57,864 nucleotides of DNA from IMG/VR virus record IMGVR_UViG_3300027668_000009; one strand, given 5' to 3'. The position numbers were made by a program, and so were the translations under genes. Below are positions 56,084-57,864 of the stretch, piece by piece; positions within the stretch are counted from its first letter, which is position 1, and every line of letters starts with the position of its first letter. Below the pieces are notes generated by a model. It was not told the DNA's origin and made no database searches. It saw nothing but the letters and a program-made list of their open reading frames with translations. This DNA is from an uncultured virus (IMG/VR IMGVR_UViG_3300027668_000009). Its lineage: Duplodnaviria; Heunggongvirae; Uroviricota; Caudoviricetes.

Positions 56084-56788
56084 ATGGCATTACCAATTCA
56101 GGCAACACCCACATACAAATGTGACCTGCCCTCAACTGGTGCTGAAGTAAAATTCAGACCGTTCCTAGTAAAGGAACAAAAAATTCTTGTGATTGCACAA
56201 GAAAGTGAAGACCCTTCAACTACACTTAGTGCAGTTAAGGATTTAATTAATAATGTAACGTTTGATAAAGTCAATGCGAATGAATTGACTATGTTTGACT
56301 TAGAGTATTTGTTCTGTAAAATCAGAGCAAAGTCTGTAGGTGAAACCGTTCCCTTGAAGATGGCTTGTATGGTCACCGACTGTAAGGGAAGTGGAGAGAC
56401 GGTAGTTAACTTAGATGAACTAACAGTAACAGAAAGTACTAGTGGTGACCCTAAGATAATGATATCCGATGAAGTTGGAATTGTATTAAGATACCCAACT
56501 GTTAAGGATATGGAAAAGATAACTACTGCAACGGAAGCAGAACAATCGATAGAAGTTCTTAAAGCATCAATTACACAAATCTTTGATGCAGAGAATATCT
56601 ATGAAGAGGCTGATATGTCAGCTGACGACAAAGCAGAGTTTGTGGAGAATTTAACCTTTCCACAAATCGAGAAGTTGAGTGCATTCTTTATGGGCATGCC
56701 CAAACTTCAAGGTAAAATAGGCTATACGTGTAACACATGTGGTAAGCAGAATGAAAGAATATTGGAAGGACTACAAAGTTTTTTTTAA
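56084..56788 (+). CDS. gp26: Baseplate hub assembly protein
   Basis: MALP...PTY...LPSTG..VKFRPFLVKEQKIL, FDLEYLFCKIRAKSVGE, CxxC, LEGLQSFF. Confidence 0.93.
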   Translation: MALPIQATPTYKCDLPSTGAEVKFRPFLVKEQKILVIAQESEDPSTTLSAVKDLINNVTFDKVNANELTMFDLEYLFCKIRAKSVGETVPLKMACMVTDCKGSGETVVNLDELTVTESTSGDPKIMISDEVGIVLRYPTVKDMEKITTATEAEQSIEVLKASITQIFDAENIYEEADMSADDKAEFVENLTFPQIEKLSAFFMGMPKLQGKIGYTCNTCGKQNERILEGLQSFF

Positions 56789-56979
56789 TAACCCTTTCTC
56801 ACGAGTCGGTGTTTAATTACTATAACACCAACTTTCAACTAATGCAACACCACAAATATTCGTTAGATGAATTAGATACTATGATACCTTGGGAAAGGGA
56901 AGTCTACATCAAATTGCTAATGCAACATCTTGAAGAAGAACGTGAACGTCAGAAGCAGGAACAGGCTAGGAACAGATAG
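56785..56979 (+). CDS. gp51: Baseplate hub assembly catalyst; -1 frame relative to gp26, possibly made as a frameshift fusion
   Basis: Not in ORF track; LITLSHESVFNYYNTNFQLMQHHKYSLDELDTMIPWEREVYIKLLMQHLEEE...RNR*; first ATG only at 56842. Confidence 0.85.
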   Translation, partial: LITLSHESVFNYYNTNFQLMQHHKYSLDELDTMIPWEREVYIKLLMQHLEEERERQKQEQARNR

Positions 56980-57008
56980 ATTAACAGATTAAATTAGAGG
57001 ACACACTA

Positions 57009-57389
57009 ATGAGCGATATGGAAAAATTTCAAGGCGACATGAGTCGTAACGAAGTCGAAATTGATTTGAAGAAATTCATGAGCATGGTTACTGAGATTGG
57101 TGACTTAAAACAAGAAATATTCGAATTAACAAACGAAGATAGAAAGAACCCTTGGCAGAAATGGGTATTTGCAGCCAAGACAATTGATGCATGGAGAGTA
57201 ATACCTCGTGCATTCCTAGGTATATACATGTACCTACTATACTATGCAACATTTTGGTTTATGGAACTGCCTGAACCATCACTAGAACAATCGGGATTGA
57301 TTTCCGTATTGGTTGGTGCTGGAGCAGCTTGGTTCGGATTGTACACATCAAGTGCATCCAAAGAACATGGTGATTCAAACCCTAACTAG
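57009..57389 (+). CDS. Membrane protein with two predicted TM helices
   Basis: IDAWRVIPRAFLGIYMYLLYYATFWFM and SGLISVLVGAGAAWFGLY; GAGGA SD. Confidence 0.75.
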   Translation: MSDMEKFQGDMSRNEVEIDLKKFMSMVTEIGDLKQEIFELTNEDRKNPWQKWVFAAKTIDAWRVIPRAFLGIYMYLLYYATFWFMELPEPSLEQSGLISVLVGAGAAWFGLYTSSASKEHGDSNPN

Positions 57390-57399
57390 GAATTAACAA

Positions 57400-57864
57400 A
57401 TGGCCGTAGATAACGCAGAAATAAAGAATTTCACACAAGGTTTAATTGGAAGCTTAAACAGGGTAACAACTGGTTTTGCTTTCAAGCAGTCGGGTGAAAT
57501 AATTAAAGCAAACGAGAGAATGAAAGATTCGCAAGAAAGACTCGCTCGTAGGCAATCTGCACATCAAGATAAGGTCGTCACACAACAAGAGAAGTACGAA
57601 AAGTCTCGTGAGAAGATTGCCGTAAAACACGCTAGCAATCAAACTCAACGTGACATTGAATTATTCAAATTAGACAATCGAAGAAATGCATCTACCAAAG
57701 AATTAGTAGATGACTTTGATACTTTCAAAAAATCATTACAAGATGGTGTTGACTTAGAGAAGGAACATATCTCTAACCTCAAATCTGAAGGTAGTATGAA
57801 TAGTGGCTTCGATGGTATGTCTGCTGGTCTTGATAACATGACCAAAGGTATTGAAGGTTTAACA
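57400..57864 (+). CDS. Probable tape measure/hub protein (gp29 position), 5' part only
   Basis: Open frame from ATG 57400 to window end, MAVDNAEIKNFTQG...; helical/coiled-coil composition; downstream of gp26/gp51. Confidence 0.55.
   Translation, partial: MAVDNAEIKNFTQGLIGSLNRVTTGFAFKQSGEIIKANERMKDSQERLARRQSAHQDKVVTQQEKYEKSREKIAVKHASNQTQRDIELFKLDNRRNASTKELVDDFDTFKKSLQDGVDLEKEHISNLKSEGSMNSGFDGMSAGLDNMTKGIEGLT

Noticed and set aside
1..57864. tRNA genes, alternative genetic code, host assignment
   Set aside because: No cloverleaf seen in the short gaps; genes are intact in the standard code; no host-diagnostic genes (e.g. photosynthesis genes) in this window.

Overview
The window is the virion morphogenesis region of a large T4-like myovirus with the gene layout of marine T4-like phages. 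Bases 1-52099 read on the minus strand: gp48, gp53, hub, gp5, gp25, gp6, gp7, gp8, a 2265-aa virion protein, a long fibre/appendage cluster, an enzyme cassette (glycosyltransferase and two 2OG-Fe(II) oxygenases), then gp13-gp23 (gp23 is cut by the window edge). Bases 52146-57864 read on the plus strand: gp4, HAD phosphatase, KdsB-like cytidylyltransferase, gp2, gp54, gp26/gp51 and the start of a probable tape measure gene. T4 late promoters (TATAAATA and variants) and intrinsic terminators are visible. The main observation is two pairs of adjacent Pro-punctuated repeat genes (18712-19962 with 17545-18663; 28200-29858 with 27071-28198). In each pair, one protein is a unit-by-unit protein-level 'reverse complement' of the other. 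The aperiodic unit-length series is identical when one protein is read backwards (47 units/344 aa; 41 units/322 aa), with a consistent pairing code (PNIRxxQx opposite PxTYxHRS, PYPYIAxxQx opposite PFTYxRxGQx, etc.) and compensating indels and duplications. This suggests ~100-nm antiparallel two-chain beta-zipper fibres whose register is sequence-encoded. A probable -1 frameshift fusing gp26 and gp51 is also seen. All family assignments are by motif recognition and synteny; no database search was run.
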